A DNA stretch of 64,000 nucleotides from Spirochaetia bacterium (GTDB lineage Bacteria > Spirochaetota > Spirochaetia > DSM-16054 > Sediminispirochaetaceae), in the NCBI GenBank assembly GCA_034520965.1, contig JAXHMY010000002.1, positions 96,001 through 160,000 on the forward strand, in the 5' to 3' direction. The notes below the pieces were generated by a model, which saw only the letters and a list, made by a program, of their open reading frames with translations, was not told the origin of the DNA and ran no database searches. Made by a program: the position numbers and the translations under genes. Shown here in pieces: positions 39,850-50,104 of this stretch. The first letter of the stretch is position 1, and the number at the start of each line of letters is the position of its first letter.

Positions 39850-40362
39850 GTGAAAAAAATTGCACTGGCAGCAGTGATATTCTTTGTAGTCGTCAGTTTC
39901 GCCGGAGCGGCGAAACTGACTATGGTAGGGGTGGTCGATCTTACAAAAATCGTGTCGGACTATTTTCAGGAGTCTTCCGCCTGGCGGGAGATTGACCGAA
40001 TGGTGGAAAAAACCGAAGAAACCATTGAAGAGCAAAAGGAAGAAATAAACCAACTTGAACAGCAGAAACTGGAAGCCCTCGAAGCCGGGGAGCAGCAGAA
40101 GTCTCTGCAGCTTGAACAGGAAATTAACAAAAAGCAGGAGTACATGAAAGAGTACAACCGCATTATGAACGACCGAATTGAAAACAAAAAAAGTAATTTG
40201 CTAACATCCTCCAGTTTTTCCAGAGAAATCTTACGGGCAGTTGAAAATGTAGCCGATCAGGAGGGCATTTCAATTGTGCTGCGAAAAAAGGACCCCAACA
40301 TTCTTTATTACAACTATGAGGTTGAAATTACCGAGAAAGTACTTGAGTATCTGCGCCGATAG
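39850..40362 (+). CDS. skp: Skp/OmpH periplasmic chaperone
   Basis: Signal peptide, VGVVD, coiled coil and EITEKVL; follows bamA. Confidence 0.85.
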   Translation: MKKIALAAVIFFVVVSFAGAAKLTMVGVVDLTKIVSDYFQESSAWREIDRMVEKTEETIEEQKEEINQLEQQKLEALEAGEQQKSLQLEQEINKKQEYMKEYNRIMNDRIENKKSNLLTSSSFSREILRAVENVADQEGISIVLRKKDPNILYYNYEVEITEKVLEYLRR

Positions 40363-40379
40363 CATCGGCCGAGGTGTAT

Positions 40380-43031
40380 ATGGCTGACGAGTCTCCGATG
40401 ATGAGGCAGTATAAGAGGATTAAATCGCAGAACAGCGATGCGATCCTCTTTTTTCGCCTTGGCGATTTTTACGAAATGTTTAACCGGGATGCAAAAGAGG
40501 TCTCCCATCTGCTTAACCTCACCCTTACAAAGCGTAACGGGATTCCCATGTGCGGAATCCCGTATCATGCCGCTAACTCATACATTCCCCGTTTGCTGCG
40601 GGCGGGCAAAAAGATTGCCATTTGCGAGCAGACCACCTTGCCGGAAAAGGGCAAGGGAATTGTCGAGCGTGAAGTGGTGGAAATTGTGACTCCCGGCACC
40701 ATTACCGAAGAGGATTATCTCGACCAGCACAAGAATAACTACCTAGTTTCAATTGGCTCTTTCAAACAGGGCATTGCCCTCTGTTATATCGATATTTCTA
40801 CCGGGGAGTGCGGGGTCCGCGATTTTCCCTTTCAGCCTAACGACGAACTATTGCGGGAAGAGTTAAGCCGCTTGGATCCGACGGAAGTACTTTTGCAAGA
40901 ATCGCTGCTTGAACAACGGGAGGCTTTGGCCCGGTTTTTTGACGGTAAATCTCACATCGTCCTGAACCGTTATCCCGACTGGACCTACGATTCGGCCGGC
41001 TCATACGAACATCTGCTGCGTTTTTTCGGAGTACATAACCTCAAGGGCTTTGGATTCGAAGAAAATGATCCGGTTCTCAGTGCCTGCGGAGTGCTGTTTG
41101 AATACATTGAGGAGAATGCAAAACATGCAGCCGCCCACATACGCAGTATACGCCGTATACAGTCACAGGCATATGTAGGCTTAGACGAAGCGACCCAAAA
41201 GAATCTGGAGCTGGTTTCAAATATGACCGACCGTCGCCGCAGTTACACCCTTCTAGAAGTAATCGATCACACACGGACCGCAATGGGCGCAAGAACCCTG
41301 CGCAGCCGCTTACTGCATCCGCTTCGGGACATCTCCGTCCTGGAGCAGCGCCTGAACCACGTAGAGCTGTTTTATAAAGACCAGATGACCCTTTCGCAGC
41401 TGCGCAGCCGGTTGGCCGGTGTAAGAGACATTGAGCGGCTCACCTCGCGAATTGCCCTAGACAAGGCCCATGGGAAAGATCTTTTGGCAATTCAACACTC
41501 CCTTGCACAGGTTCGCGAACTCTCAACTCTGCTTCCTCCTCAGGCAGCCCTCGAAACACTCGATACGGAGCCCATTGACTACAGCCGAATAGATGCACTC
41601 ATTGATCTGCTTGCACATGCAGTTCATGAAGACCCATCGATCTATTTAACCGAAGGACGCTTGATTCGGGCCGGGTACAGCTCCGAGCTTGATGGGCTGC
41701 GCGAGTTAAAACAGAACAGCAGCCGGGTGTTGAGTGAGTATCTCGAGAGTGAACGACAGAACTCGGGCATTCAAAACTTGAAAATCAAATACAATAAAAT
41801 AATTGGCCATTTTCTGGAAGTCACCAAGTCCAACCTTGAACGGGTTCCGGAACACTTTATTCGACGACAGTCCCTGGTGGGCAGTGAACGCTTTACGACA
41901 AACCGCCTAAATGAATTGGAGGAGAGCCTGAATAACGCTGCCGAACAGATAGTCGAGCTTGAAAAAAAGCTGTTTCTTGCCCTTCGAAGTCAGGTTCGTG
42001 AATACATAGAGCAGCTTCTTTCGCTATCTAAGAGTGTAGGTGCCCTTGACTGCCTGCAGAGCCTTGCCTATGCAGCCACGGTACACGGCTGGCGAAAACC
42101 GACCCTCCATGAAGGTGCTGAAATCAATATAACCGAGGGGAGGCATCCGGTGGTTGAGTACCATGATGCTCCGGGTTCTTTCATTCCTAATTCCATGAAA
42201 TTGCACTCAGGCGGCCAAAGTTTTGCGCTCATCACCGGACCGAACATGTCCGGTAAATCCACCTTTCTGCGGCAAACGGCCCTCATTGTGCTGCTTGGCC
42301 AAATTGGATCTTTTGTACCGGCAGAAGAGGCGAGTATCGGGCTGGTAGATAGGATATTCTGCCGAGTTGGCGCCTCGGATAACCTTGCCCGGGGAGAATC
42401 AACTTTTCTGGTAGAAATGAATGAGACCGCCTATATTCTGAACTCGGCAACAGTGCATAGTCTGGTAATCATGGATGAAGTTGGACGAGGAACCAGCACC
42501 CATGACGGACTGTCAATTGCCTGGGCTGTGAGCGAATTTCTACTACAACAGCACGCTAAAACCCTGTTTGCCACCCATTACCATGAGTTAACCGCCCTCA
42601 AAAGTGAATCTATTCAAAATCTGTATCTAGAGGTAAAAGAGGATCAAGGGGAGATTGTGTTTCTTAAGAAAGTCCGGCCGGGGAATGCAGGCCACTCCTA
42701 CGGCTTGCACGTGGCGAAACTGGCGGGCCTTCCGGAATCCGTATTGGATAGGGCCGCCGATATCCTGGGGTCCCTCGGAGAACTGGAGAACACCCTGCCG
42801 GCCCTGCAATCACCCGCTGAGCCTTCTGCCAAACAAACCGGCTCAAGAACCGGTTCAGCCCTCCCTGGTACTACTCCTACGGCCGGCAGGAATAGATCAC
42901 AGCAATCATCACTCTTTGATGTGTCGGAGATGCTCATGGCGGAGATCCGCCAAGTTGACATCAACGCGACCCCTCCAATCGAAGCGCTAAATAAAATTGC
43001 CCGTTGGAAGTCGGAACTTGAAGCAGAATAG
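40380..43031 (+). CDS. mutS: DNA mismatch repair protein MutS
   Basis: SPMMRQY, FFRLGDFYEMF, ITGPNMSGKST, STFLVEM, DEVGRGT and ATHYHEL. Confidence 0.97.
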   Translation: MADESPMMRQYKRIKSQNSDAILFFRLGDFYEMFNRDAKEVSHLLNLTLTKRNGIPMCGIPYHAANSYIPRLLRAGKKIAICEQTTLPEKGKGIVEREVVEIVTPGTITEEDYLDQHKNNYLVSIGSFKQGIALCYIDISTGECGVRDFPFQPNDELLREELSRLDPTEVLLQESLLEQREALARFFDGKSHIVLNRYPDWTYDSAGSYEHLLRFFGVHNLKGFGFEENDPVLSACGVLFEYIEENAKHAAAHIRSIRRIQSQAYVGLDEATQKNLELVSNMTDRRRSYTLLEVIDHTRTAMGARTLRSRLLHPLRDISVLEQRLNHVELFYKDQMTLSQLRSRLAGVRDIERLTSRIALDKAHGKDLLAIQHSLAQVRELSTLLPPQAALETLDTEPIDYSRIDALIDLLAHAVHEDPSIYLTEGRLIRAGYSSELDGLRELKQNSSRVLSEYLESERQNSGIQNLKIKYNKIIGHFLEVTKSNLERVPEHFIRRQSLVGSERFTTNRLNELEESLNNAAEQIVELEKKLFLALRSQVREYIEQLLSLSKSVGALDCLQSLAYAATVHGWRKPTLHEGAEINITEGRHPVVEYHDAPGSFIPNSMKLHSGGQSFALITGPNMSGKSTFLRQTALIVLLGQIGSFVPAEEASIGLVDRIFCRVGASDNLARGESTFLVEMNETAYILNSATVHSLVIMDEVGRGTSTHDGLSIAWAVSEFLLQQHAKTLFATHYHELTALKSESIQNLYLEVKEDQGEIVFLKKVRPGNAGHSYGLHVAKLAGLPESVLDRAADILGSLGELENTLPALQSPAEPSAKQTGSRTGSALPGTTPTAGRNRSQQSSLFDVSEMLMAEIRQVDINATPPIEALNKIARWKSELEAE

Positions 43032-43067
43032 CCTAGTTTCCCCTCTTATAGGAAAGAGGGGGAAACC

Positions 43068-43784
43068 GTGAATTGCTTGTTCAATTTTTTACTTCCCGTT
43101 TATCCGCTGCGCTGCAGCCTGTGTGGCGAGCCGCTTTTGCAGCAGCCCTGTTTGAAAATGGGCATCTGCAGCCGCTGCGTAGGTTTTCTGCGAAAAGAAT
43201 CAATAAGGGGTGCCGACATCTGCAGTACCTGCGGAATGCCTCTTATCTCGGAAAGAGACAACTGCCTTAACTGCCGCACAAAGCAGCACTATTACAGTTC
43301 ACACCGGTCGCTTTTTATGTATCAAGGCTGGGCACGCAGTGTGCTGAAAGCGTACAAGTTTCAATCAATATCCTCGCTGTCGCTTCTTTGGGCACAGCTC
43401 CTGTTCGAGGCAATTCAACAGGAGTTTTCCCAGCCGCCCCTCATCGTGCCGGTACCTTCCCGGGGGAGATCTGTTCGTACCCGCGGTTGGGACCAGATGG
43501 AGTTGATTCGCAGGGATCTCAGTCGGAGATATTGCCTGATCACTGCTAAAATACTCAGCCGTACCGGCGGTTCTTCTCAAAAAAAGTTGAATTATACCCA
43601 GCGAATGCTGAACCTCTCCGGTCACATAAGCTGCACTTGTACCGCGACAGAACTTCCACAGAAAATTCTTCTAATCGACGATGTGTATACTACAGGTGCA
43701 ACAATAGATGAGTGTTCCAGGGTACTTCAACAGGTGGGAGCAACAGAGATTTATGCCCTTACCCTGGCGATAACCCCGTATTGA
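43068..43784 (+). CDS. comF: ComF family protein (zinc finger + PRTase)
   Basis: CxxC pairs, PVP...RGWDQ and LLIDDVYTTGAT. Confidence 0.9.
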   Translation: MNCLFNFLLPVYPLRCSLCGEPLLQQPCLKMGICSRCVGFLRKESIRGADICSTCGMPLISERDNCLNCRTKQHYYSSHRSLFMYQGWARSVLKAYKFQSISSLSLLWAQLLFEAIQQEFSQPPLIVPVPSRGRSVRTRGWDQMELIRRDLSRRYCLITAKILSRTGGSSQKKLNYTQRMLNLSGHISCTCTATELPQKILLIDDVYTTGATIDECSRVLQQVGATEIYALTLAITPY

Positions 43785-43799
43785 AAAGTACTGGTTGTA

Positions 43800-43828
43800 T
43801 TGACTATTTACACAAGCGATGGTACATT
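43800..43828 (+). promoter_or_regulatory. Sigma70 promoter of the rimP-nusA-infB operon
   Basis: TTGACT-17-TACATT with an extended TG. Confidence 0.65.
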
Positions 43829-43856
43829 AATTGTAACAGTAGAACGGTACGGAGGT

Positions 43857-43886
43857 AAAAAGGAGTCGTTTCAGGACTCCTTTTTT
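43857..43886 (+). terminator. Terminator-like attenuator hairpin in the rimP leader
   Basis: AAAAAGGAGTC-GTTTCAG-GACTCCTTTTTT between the promoter and the rimP start. Confidence 0.7.
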
Positions 43887-43894
43887 ATGATATA

Positions 43895-44362
43895 ATGGAA
43901 TGGAAGGTTGATGAGAGCGAATTGTATGTGGAGCTTGAGCCTGTAATCCGGGGTCTGGGTTATTCAGTTGTTGAATTATCCCGTCAAGCAACCAAAGGTC
44001 GCTTACAGATACGAGTAGTTATTTATCACTACAATGGTATAGGACTCTCCGATTGTGAATTGGTGCATAAAACCATTCAACCAAGAATAGAACTTATAGA
44101 AGAGTCGGAAGATGTATATCTTGAGGTAACTTCTCCGGGGGTAACCCGAAAGATCAAGAATGGAACCGAATTTCCAATATTTATTGACCGCCCGGTCAGA
44201 ATTTTGATGCAGGATGCTGATGATTGGCTAAGCGGAACAATACACGGTGGGAATGAACAGGAAGTACAACTTCTTACAAAGCAAGGAGAAATTGCCGTCT
44301 CCCTGCCGGATATAAAAAAAGCCAAGTTGGCATTTTCGCAGGAGGATAAAAAAACAAAATGA
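43895..44362 (+). CDS. rimP: Ribosome maturation factor
   Basis: GIGLSDC and YLEVTSPG; first gene of the nusA operon. Confidence 0.9.
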   Translation: MEWKVDESELYVELEPVIRGLGYSVVELSRQATKGRLQIRVVIYHYNGIGLSDCELVHKTIQPRIELIEESEDVYLEVTSPGVTRKIKNGTEFPIFIDRPVRILMQDADDWLSGTIHGGNEQEVQLLTKQGEIAVSLPDIKKAKLAFSQEDKKTK

Positions 44363-45945
44363 CGTCAGGATTAGCCGATGCAATTCGCGGATTGGTACAG
44401 GATCGCGGAATTCCGGAAGACCTTGTGCGCAAAACCATAGAGGACTTTCTATTCGCCGCATATAAAAAGAAATTTGGTACCAGTGAGAATGCAGTGGTAC
44501 GCTTTAGTGATGACGGGTCGGAAGTTGCAATTTTTGCACAGAAAGAGATTGTGGAAGAAGTAGAAGATCCGGTATCAGAAATTGAACTGGATGAGGCCTT
44601 AGAATATAACGATGAATGTGAAGTCGGTGATGAACTTCTGATTGAAATTAACCCTCAAAGTTTTGACCGTATTGCTGTACAAAGTGCAAAGCAAAAGGCA
44701 AAACAGACCCTGCGGGAAATCCAAAAGGATACCCTTTACTCCGAATATAAGGAGAAAGAGGGGGAGATGATCATCGGTTATTATCAGCGCGAGCGGAACG
44801 GTAATATCTTTGTCGATCTTGGCAAAGTAGAAGGCATTATGCCCAAACGTTACCAATCGCCCCGTGAGGTATATCGACCGAATGATCGCATTAAGGCAAT
44901 GATTTATGAGGTAAATAAATCCAATACCGGACTTCAAATTGTACTATCGCGTACCCATGCGGAGTTTGTGAAACGAATTTTCGAGCTTGAAGTACCGGAA
45001 GTATACGATAAGACTGTTGAAATATTCAAAATAGTTCGCGAGCCCGGCTACAGAACCAAGCTGGCGGTCTACTCAAACCGTGATGACATTGACCCGGTAG
45101 GAGCCTGTGTCGGAATGAAGGGTGTACGAATACAGTCCATTGTCCGGGAGCTCGAAGGGGAGAAAATCGATATTCTGAAATTCGAAACAAATCCCCGGTT
45201 GTTTATAAAAAATGCACTTTCACCTGCGGAAGTTGAAAATGTATATATTTTAGACGAGTCAAAGCGGCAAGCCCTGGCAGTAGTCAAGGACAGCCAGCTT
45301 TCCCTGGCTATCGGCAAGCAGGGCTTAAACGTTCGCCTGGCAAACCGCCTGGTGGACTGGAATATCGATGTAAAAACTGAAGATCAGTTTGCAGAACTCG
45401 ATATTGCCGGACAGAACAAGCAGGAACTAAATGCCCTGTTCACAGATATAGAAACAGAAGAGGAGATTACCACGATTTCAGAACTCCCGGGTATCTCTGA
45501 AAGGCTGTCGGAACTTCTGTACGCAAACGGCATTGAACTAATAGAGTCATTAGTTCAGTTAGATCCGGAAGATCTTGCAAAATTAGAGGGTATAACTAGC
45601 CAGGATGTAGAGACTATCCAGTCGATCATTTCTGAAAATCTTGATATAATCGAAGAACCAAGTTCAGAAGAGGACTTAGAAGAAGAATATGAAGAGGAGG
45701 GCGAAGCAGCTCCTGAAGAAGCGGAAGAGTTCGAAGAAGAACCAACTGCGGAACAAGAGGAAGTTGCCGAAGAAGCGCCTGTTGAAGAGGAAGCAGTTGA
45801 CACAGAGCCTGCTGACGAGTATGAAGAGGAAGAGGTGTATGAGTGTCCGGAATGCGGGCATGCAATCACAACAGATATGACCTCTTGCCCAAATTGCGGT
45901 GTCGGTTTAAGCTTTGAAGTCGAAGAGGAAGTAGAAGAAGAATAG
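44359..45945 (+). CDS. nusA: Transcription termination/antitermination factor NusA with an acidic tail and C-terminal zinc ribbon
   Basis: S1 and KH domains (REPGYRTKLAV, DPVGACVGMKG, AIGKQGLNVRLA); tail CPECG...CPNCG. Confidence 0.97.
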   Translation: MTSGLADAIRGLVQDRGIPEDLVRKTIEDFLFAAYKKKFGTSENAVVRFSDDGSEVAIFAQKEIVEEVEDPVSEIELDEALEYNDECEVGDELLIEINPQSFDRIAVQSAKQKAKQTLREIQKDTLYSEYKEKEGEMIIGYYQRERNGNIFVDLGKVEGIMPKRYQSPREVYRPNDRIKAMIYEVNKSNTGLQIVLSRTHAEFVKRIFELEVPEVYDKTVEIFKIVREPGYRTKLAVYSNRDDIDPVGACVGMKGVRIQSIVRELEGEKIDILKFETNPRLFIKNALSPAEVENVYILDESKRQALAVVKDSQLSLAIGKQGLNVRLANRLVDWNIDVKTEDQFAELDIAGQNKQELNALFTDIETEEEITTISELPGISERLSELLYANGIELIESLVQLDPEDLAKLEGITSQDVETIQSIISENLDIIEEPSSEEDLEEEYEEEGEAAPEEAEEFEEEPTAEQEEVAEEAPVEEEAVDTEPADEYEEEEVYECPECGHAITTDMTSCPNCGVGLSFEVEEEVEEE

Positions 45946-45964
45946 GAGATTTAGAAGGAAATTT

Positions 45965-48829
45965 ATGGCAGAGGAACAGGAAAAAAAACAAGACAAACCA
46001 AAAGCGACTCTTATTAAGCATAAAAAGACTCCCGCAGCGCAGTCTTCGAAAGGAAAATCTGAAGGAAAGTCCGAAGATAAATCAGAAGGAAAATCTGAAG
46101 GTAAATCTGAAAAAAAGAAAGTTGTAGTAGTTCGCAAAAAGAAAAAAACGCCTGCTACAGACGACACGAAGACAGTAAAAGCCCATAAAGAGCGCGAGGA
46201 GCGTAAAGCAAAATCGGCAGAACGCTCTCAGCCCGAGTCCAAGGAAGAACAAAGCACTCCCTCTGCCCCAAGTGCGTCAGGAGAAAAAGAAACCCCTGTT
46301 CGAAAAGGATCTCCTAAGCCCGCCCCAGTAAGGGGAGAAAGAGTTAACTTCGAAAACTATAACCGTCCCAGCCGTCCAAAACGCAGTCCGGAAGCGGCTG
46401 CCGAAGGTGGTACTGCTGCGGCGTCGGATACACAGCGCCAAACCCGCGCTCAAGACAGCACCGCAGCACCTAAGAGCGGTGCCCCGGCTCAACAGGGCTC
46501 AGCCCAAAAACCAGGCACCGGTGGTACTCAACGTCCTGGTGATCGTCGAGATCAGCAGGGAGCCGGACAGCGACCGGAAGCAAGACAGGATCGAGGACCA
46601 CGTCCTGCGGACCGTTCTGCCGAAAATCGCCAGGCACCGGGCGGAAGGCCTCAGCAGCAGGGTGGTCGTCCCGCACCAGGTGGGAGACCTCAGCAGAGTG
46701 GCCGTCCGGCACCAGGTGGGAGACCCGCTCCAGGGGGGAGACCCCAACAGGGTGGTGGCCGTCCGGCACCAGGCGGGAGACCCCAGCAGGGTGGCCGTCC
46801 CGCTCCGGGTGGGAGACCACAGCAGGGGGGACGTCCGGCACCAGGCGGGAGACCCTCACCAGGCGGACGTCCAGCACCAGGCGGACGTGGTAAACCGGGC
46901 GAGTCAGCGCCTCCAGGCCCTAATGATGTAGATCAGAGCAAGACCCACGCGGCTAAGAAGTTCTATAAATCGAAAAAGAAGCAGGATTACCGCGCAAAGA
47001 AAGAGAAAACACGGGAAAAAGAGTTTCAGATGAAGCGGAAACCCGAGTATCAGAAACGGGCGAATCCGGTTCCAAAAGAAATAGATATCATGGAAGTAAT
47101 TACGGTTTCGGAACTGGCCAAGAAAATGAACTTAAAGGCCTCCGAACTGATTGGAAAACTCATGAGCATGGGGATGATGGTTACCATTAACCAGCAGATC
47201 GATGCAGATACGGCCGAACTGATAGCCGAAGAATACAGCTGTAAGGTGAACATTGTTTCACTGTACGATGAAACAATTATTGAAACTGAAAAAGATAAAG
47301 AAACAGAGCTCAAACCAAGACCGCCAATTGTCACGGTAATGGGACATGTCGACCATGGTAAAACTAAGTTGCTCGATGCAATCCGGGAAACGGATGTGGT
47401 TGCCGGCGAACACGGTGGAATTACACAGCACATTGGTGCGTATAAGGTAAGACCTAAGAACGGCAGCAGCGATATTGTTTTTCTTGATACACCAGGTCAC
47501 GAAGCCTTTACCTTGATGCGCGCACGAGGTGCACAGGTTACCGACATTGTTATTCTAATAGTTGCAGCCAACGACGGAGTTATGCCGCAAACTGTAGAAG
47601 CGGTAAACCACGCCAAAGAGGCGGGAGTTCCAATTATTGTAGCTGTGAATAAAATTGACCTGCCCGAGGCAAACCCCGATAGGGTAAAACAGCAGCTGGC
47701 GGAGTACGACCTCCTGCCGGAAGATTGGGGCGGTACTACCTTATTTAATGAGATATCAGCACTGAACCATATAGGCATAGAAGAGCTGCTGGAAACCCTT
47801 GCCCTGCAGGCGGAGATTCTTGAGCTAAAAGCCAATTATGACTGCCGTGCCGAAGGTAAGGTAATAGAATCTCAGGTGGACCACGGCCGTGGTATTGTCT
47901 CCACGGTGATTATTGAAAGAGGAACCCTGCATGTGGGAGACACTTTCGTAGCCGGAGTTTTCCCAGGAAAAGTACGGGCTATGTTCGATGACAAAGGAAA
48001 CAAACTCGAAAGCGCCACACCGGCCACACCGGTCGAGATACTCGGTTTTACCGGTATTCCCGACGCTGGGTCTCCCTTTCAGGTAACCGAAAGCGAGCGG
48101 CAAGCCCGTCAGGTTGGTGCGAAGCGCCAGGAACTTGAAAAACAGGGTGAAGCCCAAAACGTCAAGAAAGTAACTCTTGATACCTTGTATGATTCAATAC
48201 AAGAGGGTGAAATCCAGGAACTTAAGGTAGTTATCAAGGGAGATGTCCACGGCTCGGTAGAAGCCCTGCAGACTGCACTGGAAAAACTTTCAACGAAAGA
48301 AATTAAGTTGCGGGTAATTCACGCTTCCGCCGGCGCAATCATCGAAAACGATGTACATTTGGCCTCAGCATCTAATGCAATTATTGTCGGCTTTCACGTC
48401 AGACCGACTCCCAAGGCCCTGGAACTTGCAGAGCAGGAAAAAATTGATATCCGTAAATACAACGTCATATATGATGCGGTGGACGATATCAAAAAAGCTA
48501 TGGAAGGCATGCTGGCACCGGACATCAAGGAAGAAGTTATCGGTAACGTTGAAGTTCGAGATACCTTTAAGGTACCGAAAGCCGGTATGATTGGCGGTTG
48601 TTATGTAACAGGCGGCAAGGTGAAGCGAAACTCTATGGTTCATATTATCCGCGATGGAGTTCAAATATACACGGGCAAGGTTTCCTCGCTTAAACGTTTC
48701 AAGGAAGACACCCGTGAAGTTGAAGCCGGATACGAATGCGGTGTCGGAATTGAAAACTTTAACGATTTGAAGGTCGGTGATCAATTCGAGGTGTATGAAA
48801 CTAAGGAAATCGCAAAGACCCTTGAATAG
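45965..48829 (+). CDS. infB: Translation initiation factor IF-2
   Basis: GHVDHGKT, DTPGHEAF, NKID and SSLKRFK. Confidence 0.98.
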   Translation: MAEEQEKKQDKPKATLIKHKKTPAAQSSKGKSEGKSEDKSEGKSEGKSEKKKVVVVRKKKKTPATDDTKTVKAHKEREERKAKSAERSQPESKEEQSTPSAPSASGEKETPVRKGSPKPAPVRGERVNFENYNRPSRPKRSPEAAAEGGTAAASDTQRQTRAQDSTAAPKSGAPAQQGSAQKPGTGGTQRPGDRRDQQGAGQRPEARQDRGPRPADRSAENRQAPGGRPQQQGGRPAPGGRPQQSGRPAPGGRPAPGGRPQQGGGRPAPGGRPQQGGRPAPGGRPQQGGRPAPGGRPSPGGRPAPGGRGKPGESAPPGPNDVDQSKTHAAKKFYKSKKKQDYRAKKEKTREKEFQMKRKPEYQKRANPVPKEIDIMEVITVSELAKKMNLKASELIGKLMSMGMMVTINQQIDADTAELIAEEYSCKVNIVSLYDETIIETEKDKETELKPRPPIVTVMGHVDHGKTKLLDAIRETDVVAGEHGGITQHIGAYKVRPKNGSSDIVFLDTPGHEAFTLMRARGAQVTDIVILIVAANDGVMPQTVEAVNHAKEAGVPIIVAVNKIDLPEANPDRVKQQLAEYDLLPEDWGGTTLFNEISALNHIGIEELLETLALQAEILELKANYDCRAEGKVIESQVDHGRGIVSTVIIERGTLHVGDTFVAGVFPGKVRAMFDDKGNKLESATPATPVEILGFTGIPDAGSPFQVTESERQARQVGAKRQELEKQGEAQNVKKVTLDTLYDSIQEGEIQELKVVIKGDVHGSVEALQTALEKLSTKEIKLRVIHASAGAIIENDVHLASASNAIIVGFHVRPTPKALELAEQEKIDIRKYNVIYDAVDDIKKAMEGMLAPDIKEEVIGNVEVRDTFKVPKAGMIGGCYVTGGKVKRNSMVHIIRDGVQIYTGKVSSLKRFKEDTREVEAGYECGVGIENFNDLKVGDQFEVYETKEIAKTLE
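46634..46890 (+). repeat. Coding tandem repeats (GGRPAP/GGRPQQ) in the IF-2 N-terminus
   Basis: More than ten GRP-containing units with varied synonymous codons. Confidence 0.85.
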
Positions 48830-48875
48830 AACCGAAGAAAAATCTGACTGTTAAAACAGTCCGGAGTAGACAAAT

Positions 48876-49223
48876 ATGTCCGATATAAAAACACGCAAAG
48901 TAGCGGCGAGAATCCGCGAAGAAATAGGTACACTAATAGTCCGGGGGATCATTAAGGACCCCCGGGTTACCGCTGAATTATCGGTAACCGAAGTAGATGT
49001 GGCAAAAGATACAAGTACTGCAAAAGTTTATATTTCAAGTTTTGGAACAGAACGGAATCTAACTGCCGGCGTGGAGGCTCTTAACCACGCCGCCGGTTTT
49101 ATCCAGTCCAGGCTTGCAAAAACACTTCATACGAGAAACACCCCTAGGCTGCGCTTTTTTGATGATCATTCTATCGAATACGGTACTGATATGATTCAAA
49201 AGCTAAAGGAACTCGATTCTTGA
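48876..49223 (+). CDS. rbfA: Ribosome-binding factor A
   Basis: IKDPRV, AKVYIS, AAGFIQ and TPRLRF. Confidence 0.95.
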   Translation: MSDIKTRKVAARIREEIGTLIVRGIIKDPRVTAELSVTEVDVAKDTSTAKVYISSFGTERNLTAGVEALNHAAGFIQSRLAKTLHTRNTPRLRFFDDHSIEYGTDMIQKLKELDS

Positions 49224-50104
49224 ATTCAAAGCAGTCAGGCTTAATTTTTCTAAATAAGCCTACCGGTATTACCTCTTTCCAAGCACTGAACGCAATTAAG
49301 AAGAGCTTAGGTCATGGTAAAATTGGACACACCGGCACGCTTGATAAGTTTGCCGAGGGTTTGCTGATTGTTTTAGCCGGTAAGAACACCCGTTTGGTCC
49401 CCTATTTTGAGGGGCTGGACAAAACTTACCTGGCGGATATTCGCTTTGGAGCTACTACAGAAACCCTGGATACTGAAAGCCCCGAGATTGAACAGACAAT
49501 TGTACCGAATATTACACATATAGAAGCTCGGTTGAAAGATTTTCATGGCGAGCAGGAGCAGATACCTCCCCAGTATTCTGCGGTGCATGTAGATGGAAAA
49601 CGTGCATATCAGAGGACTCTTCAAGGAGAACACGTAGAGATTCCGTCGCGAAACATTAATTTTTACAGCATTGAAGTTTTGAGCTGGTCAGAACCGGTCT
49701 TATCTGTGCGGATTCACTGCTCAAAGGGCACCTATATACGCGCCTTCGCCCGAGATCTTGGAATAGCCTGCGGATCAAAAGCGTATCTTGAAGGCCTTCA
49801 AAGGACAAGGATCGGCCATTTTGATGTGAACAATGCGGTCGACCCGGAGGAATTTAAGCCTGAACAGCACCTGCAGTCGGCAACTCCGGCACTTCTTCAA
49901 CTTCCCGGAATAACTGAAATTATGATGGAGGAACAGTGGGTACCAAAAGTTTTGAATGGTAACCCAATTCAGCCGGAGTGGCTCGATATTCACGAGGTTC
50001 CCGATGGGCTCTATGCTCTGGTAAGCAGCCGGGGCGAGCTTTGTGCATTAACAGAGTTAAGCGACAATAAGTGGAAGTATCGCTATGTTGCAGAGAGGAA
50101 CTGA
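49220..50104 (+). CDS. truB: tRNA pseudouridine-55 synthase
   Basis: KPTGITS, GHTGTLD, PPQYSA and CSKGTYIR. Confidence 0.95.
   Translation: MNSKQSGLIFLNKPTGITSFQALNAIKKSLGHGKIGHTGTLDKFAEGLLIVLAGKNTRLVPYFEGLDKTYLADIRFGATTETLDTESPEIEQTIVPNITHIEARLKDFHGEQEQIPPQYSAVHVDGKRAYQRTLQGEHVEIPSRNINFYSIEVLSWSEPVLSVRIHCSKGTYIRAFARDLGIACGSKAYLEGLQRTRIGHFDVNNAVDPEEFKPEQHLQSATPALLQLPGITEIMMEEQWVPKVLNGNPIQPEWLDIHEVPDGLYALVSSRGELCALTELSDNKWKYRYVAERN

Noticed and set aside
46634..46890. CRISPR-like repeat array
   Set aside because: The repeats are in-frame coding units of infB with no unique spacers, and there are no cas genes.
46407..46931. 174-aa alternative-frame ORF and antisense ORFs inside infB
   Set aside because: By-products of the stop-poor, GC-rich repeat region.
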